This document shows positions 63,440 through 64,000 of a DNA stretch of 64,000 nucleotides, one piece after another (the first letter of the stretch is position 1; each line of letters opens with the position of its first letter). A program made the translations under genes and the position numbers. The notes under the pieces were generated by a model. The model was not told the origin of the DNA. It worked only from the letters and a program-made list of their open reading frames with translations, and made no database searches. The stretch lies in NCBI GenBank assembly GCA_964016885.1, contig OZ024740.1:107322001-107386000 (forward strand), given 5' to 3'. The DNA comes from Eledone cirrhosa (taxonomy: Eukaryota).

Positions 63440-64000
63440 TTTCTAGTTTGACCCTTTCTCTAATTAGTTGTGCTAATATCCTTTCTGCCACTTTCATAAC
63501 CTGATCCATCAGGTTTATACCCCTATAATTTCTCCTCTCCAGAGCATCTCCTTTACATTTGTAGCAATTTATGAAAATACTGCTGCACCAGTCTTTGGGT
63601 ATGACACCGCCATATATAGCCTGATTGATGATGCATGCAACCAGTTTAGTGCCTACGTCCCGATGCCTTCAGCATCTCAGCAACTATCCCCGATGGTCCA
63701 GCAGCCTTACCATTTTTCATTTCCTTAATCGCCTCTTGAACCCTATATTCGTCAATCTCAATAGCTGGTCCCTCTGTCGGATCTACTGAGGGTAATTTCT
63801 CTCTCTCCCATTTGTTCTCCACATTCATCAGTCTCATAATGACATTTCCAGGCCTCCTTTTTCTGATCATTCGTGACACTAAGTACACCGGCATCATTCC
63901 AGACACATTTATCTCCAACAACATCCTGATTTGCATTGACACACTGCCTTACAATGTGGAACACCGCAATGTGGAACACCGCACGCCTCTGATCTTCCCG
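63440..64000 (-). mobile_element. RTE family B fragment running off the window end
   Basis: Near-identical to 31975-32515. Confidence 0.92.

Overview
AT-rich, microsatellite-dense animal genomic DNA; the SINE/RTE repertoire points to an octopod cephalopod (inference). There is one 200-N gap at 21754-21953. Two spliced minus-strand genes were reconstructed by eye: a complete 10-exon NTAN1 (ATG 47838 to stop 4828, 315 aa) and the last six coding exons of WDR89 (58696 to 51178). The introns are filled with RTE LINEs of at least three families (one near full length), CR1/L2, R4/Dong-like and CRE-like fragments, tRNA-headed SINEs, MITEs, Helitron-like elements, Penelope-like relics and a 3.3-kb 39-bp tandem array. 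The main leads are: (1) an RTE 3' copy carrying a dense one-directional A>G cluster on the element strand, resembling ADAR hyper-editing fixed in DNA; (2) several minimal type-I hammerhead ribozyme motifs in Penelope-like relics, some sense to the NTAN1 pre-mRNA; (3) a C4HC3 PHD-type finger inside the RT domain of the RTE families; (4) a 39-bp array with reading frames of more than 1100 codons open on both strands. All coordinates and counts were read by eye and repeat boundaries are approximate.
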